A stretch of DNA of 63,594 nucleotides from Gekko japonicus. Taxonomy: Eukaryota. Below, one piece after another: positions 39,635 through 54,748 of the stretch; positions within the stretch are counted from its first letter, which is position 1; each line of letters begins with the position of its first letter. The notes under the pieces are model-generated. The model did no database searches, was not told where the DNA came from, and saw nothing but the letters and a program-made list of their open reading frames with translations. The translations under genes and the position numbers were made by a program. Where the stretch lies: the NCBI RefSeq assembly GCF_001447785.1, contig NW_015174991.1:15331-78924 (forward strand), given 5' to 3'.

Positions 39635-39699
39635 TTAGTCCGAAGCCCAACAATTCCTCGAAGAACGCAGCGATATGGAAAGGAACGCGTTGGCGGCAG

Positions 39700-39820
39700 A
39701 GAATTTATAGCAAAAGCCCCCTCTCCTGATTGGCTCGGAAGGGTCGTTTCAGAATTTGAATTTTCCCGGGGTTGTCCAGGATTGGCCAACAAGGTTTCGG
39801 TCTCTGGCCCGCCCCTCTCC
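39700..39820 (-). promoter_or_regulatory. H3 promoter
   Basis: TATAAA (plus-strand tttata near 39704), CCAAT boxes near 39728 and 39781, and a GC box near 39808. Confidence 0.7.
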
Positions 39821-41471
39821 GGCTGGTGTGTTCCAAATTGCGTCCCCTTCCCTAAGTGCTCTGGTCTCCTACTCTGTTCCCCTGGGCGAACGTCCAAGTC
39901 ACTTCAAATAGACCTTCGAGGGAGGGAAAGGAGAAGGGAACGCGTTTATCTTGTGGGATGATTTGTCCTCTAGATCAATAAGGTTATTTTTGTTCCGATC
40001 CGTCTAAATATAGCCTCAGGTTTCTCCCCCCCCCCTCCGTTCTTTGTTGAACTGCAGTCTGATTTTGGAATTTACGCTTGTTCGCCCCCCCTTTTCCATC
40101 GGTCTTATTTTTATGGTTTAAAATCAAAGTGTACCAAACACCCCCTGAATAAAATAATTAAATATCATATTTCAGGGGGGGGGGGGAACAAAAGGCGAAT
40201 CTACACAGATCTTCATGGGTTCTCTAGGTTTTTTTTTACCCAGTACCCTAATTTCACACTGCCACGTGTATGTTTGTGTGAACTCTTAAACAGGGGTAAC
40301 CATCTGATGTTTTATTTCGGTCAAGGAAACCTTCCATTAAAGGGGCGCAGAGATGAATCCAATCACGCCCACAAAGGGCCACGTTTGTGTTTGTTTTTTA
40401 AAAAAATCGGATTATCTCACGATTTTGGAACTCAACAGTTTCCTTTTCCCGGACAATTTTACGCGGAAATAAATCTCAGTTGAACACACACACACACAAC
40501 ACCCCAGCCAGCGTATCCAGGACGCCGCCTCCCGCCTCTCGTTCCTAGGCAGCAGTTCCCGCAGAAACCTTTCGGGAAGACCTCGGGCCCGGGGGAATGA
40601 CTCTTGTCTCCACCCAACGGCCCCGGCAGCTGTGCTTGCGGGACTGAACTATTCTGAACGACTCAAGAGTTCGAGAGAAGCCCGACTGCTTTTAATAAAC
40701 TGCAAGAGGCGGAGCTGTGGAGAAGGAAGAGGTTTGAAAATCCCGCGCTGCGGAACGATTGGATGGAGAAATGTCCTTGCTCCTCCTCGATCTTCGATTT
40801 ACGGGGGCTAGTAAAAAAAATCCCTTTAAATTGTTAACAATTCTAGAGGGATAGTTTTAATTTTTAAATGGACAGGGGGCCGAGCAGTTTCACTATATAG
40901 AACCTGGTGTCTGACCAATGGAGTTTTGATTGTAGAAAGCTCATACCCCGATAAGGTTATTGGTCTCTAAGCTGCTATTTAGGATTGCCAGGCTGAGGGG
41001 TCAAGGTTGTCAGCTCCAGGCTGGAAAACTCCTGGAGATTTGGGGGTGGAGCCTGGAGAGGACAGGGACCACAGTGGGATACAATGCCACAGAGTCCACC
41101 CTCCAAAGCAGCCATTTTCTGTGTAGTCTGGAGATGAGCCGTAATTCTGGGGGAGTCCCCAGGTTCCACCTGGAAGCTGGTACCCCTATGTAACTGGACT
41201 CAAATCAATATGCGAACTTTCTCTGTTCCACAAAACTCTTCCTCAGGGAAGATGTTCAGATGGTTTTAAGGGACCAAACACATGCAATAGAAGCTTTGGA
41301 ATAAGTTATTGCTCTAATGTGCCTGTTATCGGTGTACCTCTGAACCCAAGAAAGAAGGAAGAGAAGATTGGATTTGTACTCCACACTTATCTACCCAAAG
41401 GAGTCTCAGAGCAGTTTACAATCTCCTTTCCCTTCCCTTCCCCCTCCCCACAACAGACACCCTGTAAGGTA

Positions 41472-41608
41472 CCCTGTTTCCCCGAAAATAAGACCTACCC
41501 AAAAAATAAGCCCTAGCAGGATTTCTATGCATTTGTGGTATAAGCCCTAGTGTGTCTTCTTGAGAAAAAATAAATATAAGACAGTGTCTTATTTTCGGGA
41601 AAATACGG
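41472..41608. mobile_element. Tc1/mariner (pogo/Tigger-like) MITE inside a CORE-SINE
   Basis: TIRs ccctgtttccccgaaaataagac / gtcttattttcgggaaaatacgg with a TA TSD. Confidence 0.75.
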
Positions 41609-42731
41609 TAGGTGGGGCTGAGAGAGCTCTGACAGAAACTGCTCCTGAGAGAACAGCTCAGAGAGAATTTACACCAGAGAAGAGAAGGAGATTGGATTTA
41701 TACCCTGCCCTTCACTTGGAGTCTCATAGCGGCTTACAAACTCCTTTCCCTTCCCCTCCCCACAACAGACACCCTGTGAGGTAGGTGCGGCTGAGAGAGC
41801 TCTCTNNNNNNNNNNNNNNNNNNNNNNNNNNNNNNNNNNNNNNNNNNNNNNNNNNNNNNNNNNNNNNNNNNNNNNNNNNNNNNNNNNNNNNNNNNNNNNN
41901 NNNNNNNNNNNNNNNNNNNNNNNNNNNNNNNNNNNNNNNNNNNNNNNNNNNNNNNNNNNNNNNNNNNNNNNNNNNNNNNNNNNNNNNNNNNNNNNNNNNN
42001 NNNNNNNNNNNNNNNNNNNNNNNNNNNNNNNNNNNNNNNNNNNNNNNNNNNNNNNNNNNNNNNNNNNNNNNNNNNNNNNNNNNNNNNNNNNNNNNNNNNN
42101 NNNNNNNNNNNNNNNNNNNNNNNNNNNNNNNNNNNNNNNNNNNNNNNNNNNNNNNNNNNNNNNNNNNNNNNNNNNCAGCTGCAAGTGGAGGAGTGGGGAA
42201 TCAAACCTGGCTCTCCCAGATTAGAGCCCGTGCACTTAACCACTACACCAAACTGCACAGTGGCTGTGGAAGCCTATTGTGGTTAGAGAATTGCTCAGAC
42301 TTCTCTGTCTTGAAAACACATTGCTTGGTTTTGGGCCACGGCCTCGCAGGACGGTTGTTGTGAGGACAGAATGGAGACAGAGAACATACCTCTCTGCATT
42401 TCTTAGAGGAGAAGGGTACCATAAAACAAAGTGCAGATACTTCCAGAGGGGAGCCATGTTGGTCTGCAGTTAGAACAGCAAGATGAGAGGCCAAAAGCAC
42501 AGTAGAGACCGACACAGTTTTCAGGGGATCACATTTCAGGGCCCTGACCTGAATAGCCCAGTCTTGCCCAGTCTTGTCAGATGGAAGCTGCTGCACAGGA
42601 TGGCCCCTGGTTGGTACTTGGATGGGAGACCACCAGGGTAGTACCGGGCCAGGGTCACAACACAGAGGCAAACCACCTCTGTTAATCTCTTGCCCGGAAA
42701 ACCTCACAGAGTTGCCGTAATTCAGCTGTGA

Positions 42732-42885
42732 TGAAATAATAAACACAATATTCACATCATGTACTTATAGCTAAATATATTTGCTTGTTATACACAACAT
42801 GAACTCTAGCGTATTGTGATTGTGTATGACAAGCAAATATATTTAACTGTAAGTACATGATGTGAATGTTGTGTTTATTATTTCA
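42732..42885. repeat. 66-bp inverted repeat with a 22-nt loop
   Basis: Arms 42732-42797 and 42820-42885 differ at 4 positions. Confidence 0.9.
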
Positions 42886-44077
42886 ACACGGGTGTTTTCT
42901 GCATTTATCTAACTTAGCCGTGTTCCCTGTGTGCTTGTTGTAATTCAGCTGTGACCTGATGCCAGCTTAAAAAAAAAAAGCTTCCAAGAGTTCAANNNNN
43001 NNNNNNNNNNNNNNNNNNNNNNNNNNNNNNAGGAATAGAGATCTCTGGATCTGTATACCCCCAATCAAAAGGTGGGAGGAATCTTGTAAAAACATGCTTG
43101 TAAAAGTTGCAAAAGTACAGGGCATCGTCTAACCTAATAAAATGCAGTGTCTGGAAACTGAGGTATGGAGTGATAGAAGTATACAGGAAAGCCCAAAGTG
43201 AGATACTTAACAGTCTTGCTGGATCAGACCGGTAGTCCGTCTAGCCCACACAGTGACCAACCAGCTGTCCTTAAGAACATAAGAGAAGCCAATGTTGGAT
43301 CAGGCAAATGGCCCATTCAGTCCAGCCCTCTGTCACACAGTGGCCAAAAATACCAAGGTGCCATCAGGAGACCCGGCAGTGGGGCCAGGACACTAGAAGC
43401 CCTCCCACTGTTGCCCCCCTCCAGCATCTAGAATACAAAGCATCACTTGCCCCAGACCCTGAGTCCCTATCTATACCTTGTGGCTAATAGCCACTGATGA
43501 ACCTCTGCTCCATATGCTTATCCAATTCCCTCTTGTCCGGGAGAACCAGTTAAACAAAACACAGAAACCTACTAGCGCTGATAAAGATTTACTGCCTCTG
43601 GATATGGAAGTTCCTTTCCAGTCACCCCCACTGGCAGCCATTGATAGACCCTCCCTGCGTCTTTCTAATGCCCCTTTAGGGATCAACAGTAGACACCCCC
43701 TTCGCACCAAAGGAATGAATTCCTCCCTGGTTCCCAGAATACATAGCTTAAGATACCGACGAGGCTATGTTCTCTGAGCACAGCCACCCGGAAAACAAGA
43801 CTGATTTTCGCCGGAGCGGCTTGATTCGCTTCACGCCTCCATATGGCACAGCGAATCGTTTCTAGGAAAAAAAAAAAAGTAGAATGCGATAACTAAGACA
43901 TTTTCCCGGAAATTGACCATCTGGTCAATTTCTTGCCAACAGAATTAAAGGAAACATAATGAGGATTCTTGAAAAGTTAATTGAGATATTTTTTAAAGTT
44001 CCTGGCTCTCGGACAACAGCGAACTGAGAAGACCCCTTTTAAGCAGAGTCGCAGCTCTTTTAGATGAGATTGTGGGT

Positions 44078-44093
44078 GGCTCTGAAAAGAGCC
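44078..44093 (-). terminator. Histone 3' stem-loop (H2A copy 2)
   Basis: GGCTCTTTTCAGAGCC-ACCCA, then aaaagagctg. Confidence 0.95.
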
Positions 44094-44142
44094 TTTGGGT
44101 TCAGAAGAGAGAAGCGCGTCCTGTTCGGTTAAAAGTGTTCCA

Positions 44143-45374
<1,232 letters not shown>

Positions 45375-45416
45375 GCGGACTGTTGCTTCGCAAGAAGACC
45401 CGAGAATCCCCCAAAA

Positions 45417-45432
45417 GGCTCTTTTAAGAGCC
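45417..45432 (+). terminator. Histone 3' stem-loop (H2B copy 2)
   Basis: GGCTCTTTTAAGAGCC-ACCCA, then aaaagaagctg. Confidence 0.95.
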
Positions 45433-46100
45433 ACCCACTTTTTCCTAAAAGAAGCTGCAGTGACTCTTATCTTGATGCTTTACAAATAAAGTGACAGTGC
45501 TTAATGTTGGGGGTTTTGATCAAACATTGTGGTTTTATGGAAGGACGTTCCTTGAGTCCAGTTTTAGGACTTTACCTGAATAAAGCTAGAAACTCGATTT
45601 GATTTCAAGTTTTTCTTCTTCCCTCTTATGAAAATAGCCTCTTCATTGTAGAATTCTGTTTTAAACTTATTGCATGTGGCTTGCCTTTTAATTACAACAG
45701 GACAAAGATAGGTTTTTGCTTGCTAAAAAGGGAGTATCTTCCACCCTTCTCCGTTTTAAGTGAATAGCTGGGGAAAGCAATGAAATACAGGGCGATCTGT
45801 GTAGAGTTGCTCCACTCTCAGCCTTCTGAAGCCAGATCCTGCACAGAACTATGCTGATAGTGGGGGAGGAGGCTACAGAGCTCTTGGACTGTTAACTGGT
45901 ATCATTCTCACTGGGTTCTCGAGACTATATTTAGGAATAGGCCACAGGGTAGGACTGCTGAGGTTTTGCAAAAAAGAAAAGAAAAAAAAAGACTGCATCT
46001 GTTGCCTATTTGTTACCTTTCATTGAACTGCACAGGTTTTGTTACAAACACGTATATTGAAGGTGGGGAAATGTACTGTATTGTCTCCATTCTCCAATAT

Positions 46101-46590
46101 TGGACCAGAACAAAGTTTGAGTCCAGTGGTACCTTTAAGGCAACAAAGCTGGGGTTTTTTTTTTGGGGGGGTGGGTATAAGTTTCTGTGCGCACACTCAC
46201 TTCTTCAGCAATACTCTCTCCCTAAACTGTGGAGTCTGGTGAGCAAAGATTCTACTTGGTGAGCTACTGGCATTTAAATTGTGAGCGAGCGATTTGGCTG
46301 CTGCATAAATTAGTTTGTTCTGGAGCCATCCTTCCTTAGCTAAGACAAAAATGTGTGAGAGGCTAAAAAACTGAGCTAGCTTACACTAACTCAGCTTAGA
46401 GGGGACACTGTTCTTATGCATCATGTATCTGAAGAAGTGTGCATGCACACAAAAGCTACCTAGAATTAAATTTTGTTGCTCATAAAGGTGCCCACTCCTA
46501 GAATAAAATTTTGTTGCTCATAAAGGTGCCCACTCGACTCCAAGTTTGTTCTATTGCTTCAGTCCAACATGGCTACCCACTTGAATCTAA
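46101..46590. mobile_element. Inverted pair of Penelope-like terminal repeats flanking a MITE
   Basis: Minus copy about 46101-46210 and plus copy about 46425-46590, each with CTGAAGA-stem-(G)AAA and the aaaggtgcc motif. Confidence 0.55.
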
Positions 46591-49500
46591 CATTGGGCTA
46601 TTAACACTCTGGGTATATTATGCAGCAATCATAACCACGTGATCTCTATCAATTGTTCCTGAGAACATTTTTAAAAAATGTTCTGAAGGATAAAGAACTG
46701 GGGGGAGGAAGGCTTGGAAATCACAAATATATATATTTTTATGTGTACATCACAATGGTAAATTTCTGAGATGAGACATTGTGGGTTATGTGTTTACCCA
46801 GGACTTTAACTTCATCTGGAAGTTATGTGTTGAGTCCTGAATGGGCATGGGTGTGTTGTTTACTTTTGGAGACAAAATCCTGTTTTACGTACCTCAGAAG
46901 CAGGTGTGGGTTTTAGAGCCAAAATTCTAGAGGAGAGGAGATTGGATTTATACCCCACCCTTCACTCGGAGTCTCAGAGCGGCTTACTTTCCCCTTCTCA
47001 CCCCACAACAGACACTCTGTGAGGTAGGTGGGGCTGAGAGAGCTCTTTCCAGAACTGTCCTTGAGAGAACAGCTCTGACAGAACTATGGTCACCCAGCAG
47101 CTGCAAGTGGAGGAGTGGGGAATCAAACCCAGTTCTCCCAAGATTAGAGTCCATGCACTTAACCACTACACCAAACTGGCTCTCAACTGAGTTCAAATTG
47201 AGTTTGCCATTTTTAGATGATTAGGTTTTTTAAAATCACCTTGTATCTGGTTCTTCTTAAAGACCTACAAACCCTTCCATTTTATTCCAACAACACCCCA
47301 GTAAGGTAGGCTTGGCTGTTAAGTGTGTGAATCCACCCCACCCGCTGAGTTTTGGCATTGAACAGGGATTTCAACCCAAGCCTTGCCAAAATCCAGCTCT
47401 ATTAACTACCGTTCAGTGGTTCTGCAAACTCTGCTGTTTTTGAAAATCAAATACTTGAGCCCTTCCCCTGGAACCATGGTTGCACAAGTAGGTACTTGAG
47501 GTAAGGAATGGAGAACAGCCAAATAGTACCCTTCTGATTGTGAAACTCCTTCTGATTGTTTACCATAGAAAGGAACAGGTTTCAACTATTCAAAAGAGGC
47601 CCATGCTTTGTTTTGAGAGCAGCTGTGTTTTCTTTCAGAGATTAATCATTGCAACATTTCTATGCCAGATAATGAATATTGGCATTATCCATATACCTTT
47701 CTTAAAAGGATCCCCCCCCTCACTAGACAGTTGCATAACTGCCCCACTGGTGTTAAGATTCCAAGGGGTCGAAAGCTAAATAATTATACAGACTGTGGTC
47801 AGAATGCTTTAAACAGAAGGGTATTCTGAACTTTGGGGCTGAGTGCAATGAACCCAGGAAACTGCCTCATAACGAATCAGACCATCAAGGTCAGAATTGT
47901 CTCACCAGACTGACAGTTGCCGTGGCTTTCCAGGGTCCCAGGCGGAGGTCTTTCCCATCATGTATTGCCTAGTCTTTTTTTAACTGGAGATGCTGGGGAT
48001 TGAACCTGAGACCTTTTGCGTGCCAAAGAGATGCTCTGCCACTGAGCCACAGTCCCTCCCCAGTGGGCTCAATCATTATCTTTAAGGAGTGAGTTCAAAA
48101 GAGACCGTTTTCCTAAATATATTGTTGTTTTACTACATTTAATACTTGTTCATTTATTTACTTTTTTGGATGTTTTCCTAGTCAAGATATTGTTGTTTTA
48201 TTACATTTAATACTTGTTCATTTATTTACTTTTTACTTTTTTGGACTTGTATCCCCCCCCCCGCAAGGAGGCTTAGGGCAGGTTCCACCAATATTAATAC
48301 AATTTACAGTAACAATTAAAAGCAACTTAAAACAACAAACTAAAAACAGTGCAAAAGTCACAAAAGTACCATGCAAGATCTGCATGATTATGTAGAAAAA
48401 CAGCAAAGGGGGGGGGGGGAGAAGAGACCAGGCAGTTTTTGCAGCATTTGGCACGCACTTTATTATATGGTTGCAATCCCAATAGTGGTCATCTTTTAAT
48501 TTTTGAACATGTTAATGCAGATCCAATGAAGAGTAAAAAATAACTGGATCCCAGGTCAAGTCCAGGGGCTGATAATCCCATGCTCCTAAGGCTTTTGCTG
48601 AATTGTTAGGGAACGTCTATCCTATCCCATTCATAGGGTTGCCAGCTCCAGGTTGGGAAATACCTGGAGAATTTGGGGGGGGGAGCCTGAGGAGGGGAGG
48701 GAAGGGGCTGCAATGGGGCATAATGCTACAGAGTTCATCTTCCACAGTGGCCATTTTCTCCAGGTGAACAGATCTCTATTACCTGGAGATCAGTTGTGAT
48801 CCCAGGAGATCTCCAGTCACCACCTGGAGGTTGGCAGGCCCTAACTTAGCCGAACAAGGGGATTACACCAAGCATGGTTACTCTGAGAATGAAGAGATAA
48901 AACATTGCAGAAATGTGGAAGAGTAAACAAGGTGCACAACCCCCTCCCCCAAAAAAGGGGGGCCCCCTCCCCAGCCTAATAACAGGATAAATGTTAATGG
49001 GATACAATGTTAAATGAACAAAACTTTGATGCATTTATAAGTAATAAATAATTTAGAAACCCCATTAAAGCCAAATGCCTTTCAGCTACATGGCCTTCCT
49101 TAGTGATACAAATTATTAAGAAGAGATTGGATTTGTACCCCTCTTTTCACTACTAGGAGTCTCAGAGCGGCTTACAATCTTCTTTCCCTTCCCCTCCCCA
49201 CAACAGACACCCTGGGAGGTAAGTGGGGCTGAGAGAGGTCTTTCGAGGACCGCCCTTGAGAGAGCAGCTCTGAGAGAACTTGTGTTCCCTCTAAGCTGAG
49301 TTAGTGCGAACTAGCTCGGTCTTTTAGCCTCTGTCTTGGCTCAGGATGCTTCCAGAGCAAACTCATTTATGCAGTAGCCAAATCGCTGGCTCACAACTTG
49401 AATGCCAGTATCTTACAAAGTAGAATTTTTGCTCACAAGAATCCACAGCTTAGAGGGGGCATTGCTTGTGACTGACCCAAGGTCACACCAGCATACTGCA

Positions 49501-49702
49501 CGTGGAGTGTGGAATAAAACCTGGTTCTCCCAGATTAGAGTCCATGCTCCTAACTAGTACACCAAACGGGCTCTCAATATTAACACTGTTAATATAAACA
49601 CTCTTAAAATTACATTTTTCTCCCTCGGCTTCCCCCTATTTCTTCTTTTTTCAGGTTTTAAATCTTAGGCCAGAAATGTTGTAATTGGAATATATATATA
49701 TT

Positions 49703-49708
49703 TTTATT
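49703..49708 (-). terminator. Candidate poly(A) signal of PUDP
   Basis: AATAAA on the minus strand about 330 nt after the stop codon. Confidence 0.55.
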
Positions 49709-50038
49709 GGATGGTGTGTATAGTAAACAAGGCAGTAAAACAGATGCAGTTCAGAGTCCATTCACCCATTCAAAGAGGGGAGGGATAGGGTGACTATGTT
49801 TTTTTTAAGAAGGAGTCCAAAGTCTGCTGAGTCCTCGGTAGCCTCCCCATACTCCCAGTCACCTCCCTTGGATCTGATTAAACGAGTCATCCGGTAAACT
49901 TAATAAAATAAGACATATGATTTTGATTGGAAACCTGAAGCTTTTGAATAATAATTTTTAAAAAAACCCTCCCGCCCCAAATCAGGGGACACTAAATCAA
50001 TGAGATACAAAAGCGAAACAAGAACAGCAGGTCCTTAA

Positions 50039-50740
50039 TCAAAAGGGTGGTAAACCAAAGAGCTCAGGCTTGAAATCTGCCATAGACTGGAGCACGAGGG
50101 TCGCTCCCTTCGTGAGATCTTTGTCCAGGTTTTCGTCCGGGATCATGACCACTTGCATGCCGGCGGTCAGCGCCGCCTGGACCCCATTGGGGGCATCCTC
50201 GAAGACAAGGCACTTTTCCGGCCGGGGTGGCGGGTGGAATCTCCGGGCGCAGACTAGGAAGATGTCTGGCTGCGGCTTGCCGGCTTTCACTTCGGGGTCG
50301 TCCCCCAAGACGATGTGATGGAACAAGCGGAAGAAGTCCTTGTGGCGCGTGGTTTTCATTTCGAAGCTGGCTCGGGACGAGCTGGTGGCCACCGCGATGG
50401 GGACCTGGTGACGGTGCAGGTGACGGACGAGTCTGTCGACGCCCGGCATCAAGGCGGCGGTGGGGAAGAGTTTCTCATGCAGGATTTTGCTTTCGCGCAA
50501 TAGCTCTTCTTTGGTGATCGGGAGATCCAGGGCCTCTCGGATGATCTCTGCTCCCTCCAGGGCTTTTGTGCCCATGGCTAAGGATTTCACATCCCAGGTG
50601 TAAGTCTTACCGAAGCGCTGGCAGATTTCTTGGTAGCCGATCGTATAAAGCCGTTCCGTATCCAAGAGCAGGCCGTCCATGTCAAAGACCAGGTGAGTGA
50701 CGGCTTGGGAAGAAGGGGGGCTACCGGGAGACGAGGCCAT
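50039..50740 (-). CDS. PUDP: Pseudouridine-5'-phosphatase (HAD family, HDHD1), intronless, 233 aa
   Basis: [19 protein letters not shown] (motif I), ATSS (II), GKPQPDIF (III), [11 protein letters not shown] (IV) and the C-terminal [11 protein letters not shown]. The ATG is in a strong Kozak context (gccATGG) and the frame is undisrupted. Confidence 0.93.
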   Translation of the reverse strand: MASSPGSPPSSQAVTHLVFDMDGLLLDTERLYTIGYQEICQRFGKTYTWDVKSLAMGTKALEGAEIIREALDLPITKEELLRESKILHEKLFPTAALMPGVDRLVRHLHRHQVPIAVATSSSRASFEMKTTRHKDFFRLFHHIVLGDDPEVKAGKPQPDIFLVCARRFHPPPRPEKCLVFEDAPNGVQAALTAGMQVVMIPDENLDKDLTKGATLVLQSMADFKPELFGLPPF

Positions 50741-51491
<751 letters not shown>

Positions 51492-51536
51492 ACCCTTAAT
51501 TCGTACAAAGCGCAAGAGCGACAACAAGATCTAAAA

Positions 51537-51552
51537 GGCCCTTTTAAGGGCC
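51537..51552 (+). terminator. Histone 3' stem-loop (H4 copy 2)
   Basis: GGCCCTTTTAAGGGCC-ACCCA, then aaaagagctg. Confidence 0.95.
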
Positions 51553-53324
51553 ACCCACTTTCTCAATAAAAGAGCTGTCGTTATTGTTTTATAACAACAC
51601 TTGAGTGAATCATTTCCGTTCTCTGAAATAGTGAGCCGTGCCTCATGGAAGCTCATCCCCTGCCACGAATTGTGCTAGTCTTTTAACTCTTGTTCTTTTC
51701 TACTTCTGCAAGCAGCTTGATTGTGCTGATTTGTCGGCGAAATAATTTCACCTAAATTTTTGGCCCTCCGCGGACACAATCAAATGTTACCTTTCTCTTT
51801 AATTTAGAAGGAAACAATGGGTTTAGTCTTGCGTTGGATATTGGTACGTTTAACAAACCTAGTTCCAAAAACGCCTAGAAGAGCTGCATTCCAGGACGAA
51901 GAAATTTAATTTCCGTTCCTTGTATTATTAGCTGCTTAACTTTCCCCAGAACAAAGTTCGAGTCCAGTGGCGCCTTTTAAGACGGACAAAGTTTTATTCA
52001 AAGTATAAGCTGTCGTTGTGCAAAACACACTTCGTCCCGATAGCCTTTGTCCTCGAGTCCTTTGTTCGCCTCCCTCTGATCTGATTGGCTGCAGCCAGTG
52101 AAGTCACACAAAGGAGTTGAGCGTTTCAGTCCTGCCGCGGGCGTCGTTCCAGCTCGCAGAGACGCGAGGCATCGTGGGGGCGGTAGCCTTCCTGCCATTC
52201 GGTGGCAGCATCTCCGTGGCTTCAGAGGAGGAAAATGAATGCTGAATTGTTGTGTCATTATCCCGGAGTCATCTGGGTACGTACGATATGTACCTAAATA
52301 TTAATCATTAATTACATTTTCATTCATTTAAATCATTTGTGCTCGCCCTTGGAGGGGCTCCCTTGGAGTTGCAGCTCATTTCCCGACTGCAGAGATCAGT
52401 CCCCCTGAACAAAACGGATGCTTTGGAGGGTGGCCCTCTATGGCATTGCACCCCACTGAGGTCCCTTTCCTCCCCAGGTTCTATCCCCAAATCGCCAGGA
52501 GTTTCCCAGCCTGGATCTGGCAACCCTTTCAGATAGGGGGGATCCCCTGCTGGTGGCCAGAGGAGACCTGGCAACCCTAAATTGGGGACCCAAAGCTGCT
52601 GACCTCGCTCTCCTCTCCTCCATTTGATCCTCACAGCAACCCTGAGAGGTAGGCTTGGCTGCGTCTTTTGTGACTGGCCCAGGTTCGCCCGGCAGGCTTG
52701 CAAGGCAGAGTGGGGAGTCGAACCTGGGTCTCCCAAATACTAGCCCGACACTCTTGACCACTACACCACACTGGCTCTGTTTTGGCTTTGTATGTGAGAC
52801 TTAGCGCTGTACCGTTAACTCAGGGGGTGGCCAAACGTGCTTAACATCAGAGCCACATAGAATAAACATCAGATGCTTGAGAGCCGCAAGACATAGACAA
52901 ATATCACACGCACGTTTTTATTGAAAAAATACGCAAATTTGCTTTTTATTAACATTAAAGGAGGCTGCCAAAAATAAAAAACAGATATTGATAATGATAT
53001 TTATTTGTCCAATGATATGTGTAGGCTTGAGCGGGGGACTTTGAGAACACATTTATTTACTTATTATTTATTTAATAATAGTTTATTATTTATTTAATAA
53101 TTTATTTAAAGTTGCTCTCTTTCTCTGCTCCCCCCTCCCCCCCGCTTCAAGCTTACCCAGGGAGGGGAGCACTGGCTGGGGAGGGGAAGACCGACCGGGG
53201 AGAGATGCCCTCCCCTTCGCTTCCCCAGCTGCCCTGCCGGGAGTCACACAATACGTGTGGAAGAGCCCTGTGTGGCTCCTGAGCCGCAGTTTGGCCACCC
53301 CTGCGTTAACTGAAGGACTGTCAT

Positions 53325-53672
53325 TCATTGCAGTCTTCAAGTATCTGAAGGGCTGTCATGTGGAAGATGGAGCGGATCTATTCTCTCTTGCTCCGGATTG
53401 CAAGACTAGATCTAATGGGTGGAAATTACAAGGGAGTCTAAATATCAGGAGAGACTTCCTGACTGTAAGAGAGGTTGAGAAGTGGAACAGGCTGCCCCTG
53501 GAGGTGGTGGATGCTCCTTTGCTGGACGTTTTCAAGCGGAGGCTGGACGACCATCTTTCAGGTATGTTGTAGGTATGTAGGGCTGTCTTTCAGCTATGCT
53601 CCTGCAGAGTGCAGGGGGCTGGACTAGATGACCTGCAAGGTCCCTTCCAACTCTAACATTCTATGATATGAT
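53325..53672 (+). mobile_element. CR1 LINE 3' end
   Basis: AVFKYLKGCH...WNRLPLEVVDAPLLDVFKRRLD followed by the CR1 3' UTR. Confidence 0.85.
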
Positions 53673-54580
53673 ACTGTAGCCTGGCACTTGCCACCACCCA
53701 AGTGCAAAAATATCACTCACTGTATAGATACATTAGTAAACAGACAGAAGAGAGGGTTAACACAGGAACATAAAACCCCAGTTGTCATCTTTGCACTGTG
53801 CCTCAAGCAAGCAGATGTATCTGGTTGGATACAGTGAAGTCCTTTTGTGCAATAGTGTATCTCTAAGTTGTGGAAGTAAAATAACCAGTGTGATGTTGTG
53901 GGAGACCCAGGTTCAAACCCCTGTTCGTGCCATGGAAGCTCATTGGGTGACCTTGGGCCAGTCACACTCTCAGCCCAACCAACCTCACAGGGTTGTTGTG
54001 AGGATAAAATGGAGGAGAGAAGAATGATGTAAGCTGCTTTGGGTCCCCACTTGGGGAGAAGAGGTGGGGTAAAGGTAAAGGTTCCCTTGCTCGAAAGCCA
54101 GTCGAGTCCGACTCCAGGGTTGCAGTGCTCATCTCCGTTTCAAAGCCGAAGAGCCAGCGCTGTCTGAAGACGTTTCCGTGGTCCTTGTGGCCGGCATGAC
54201 TAAACACCAAGGCGCACGGAATGCTGTGACCTTCCCACCAAAGTGGTACCTATTTATCTACTTGCAATTTCTTGCTTTCGAACTGCTAGGTTGGCAGGAG
54301 CTGGAACTAGAGACGGGAGCTCACTCCGTCATGCGGCACACTCGGNNNNNNNNNNNNNNNNNNNNNNNNNNNNNNNNNNNNNNNNNNNNNNNNNNNNNNN
54401 NNNNNNNNNNNNNNNNNNNNNNNNNNNNNNNNNNNNNNNNNNNNNNNNNNNNNNNNNNNNNNNNNNNNNNNNNNNNNNNNNNNNNNNNNNNNNNNNNNNN
54501 NNNNNNNNNNNNNNNNNNNNNNNNNNNNNNNNNNNNNNNNNNNNNNNNNNNNNNNNNNNNNNNNNNNNNNNNNNNNNNNN

Positions 54581-54748
54581 TAGCAGGTACTCATTTGCAT
54601 ATTAAGCGACACACCCCTAATGTAGCCAATCCTCCAAGAGCTTACAGTAGCCCCTGTAAGAAGAGCTCTGTAAGCTCTTGGAGGATTGGCTACATTAGGG
54701 GTGTGTGGCCTAATATGCAAATGAGTACCTGCTACAAAAAGAGCCCTT
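54581..54748. mobile_element. Fold-back MITE with octamer and CCAAT motifs in both arms
   Basis: Arms tagcaggtactcatttgcatatta...ccaatcctccaagagcttacag and its near-complement. A relative lies at about 2214-2392. Confidence 0.7.
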
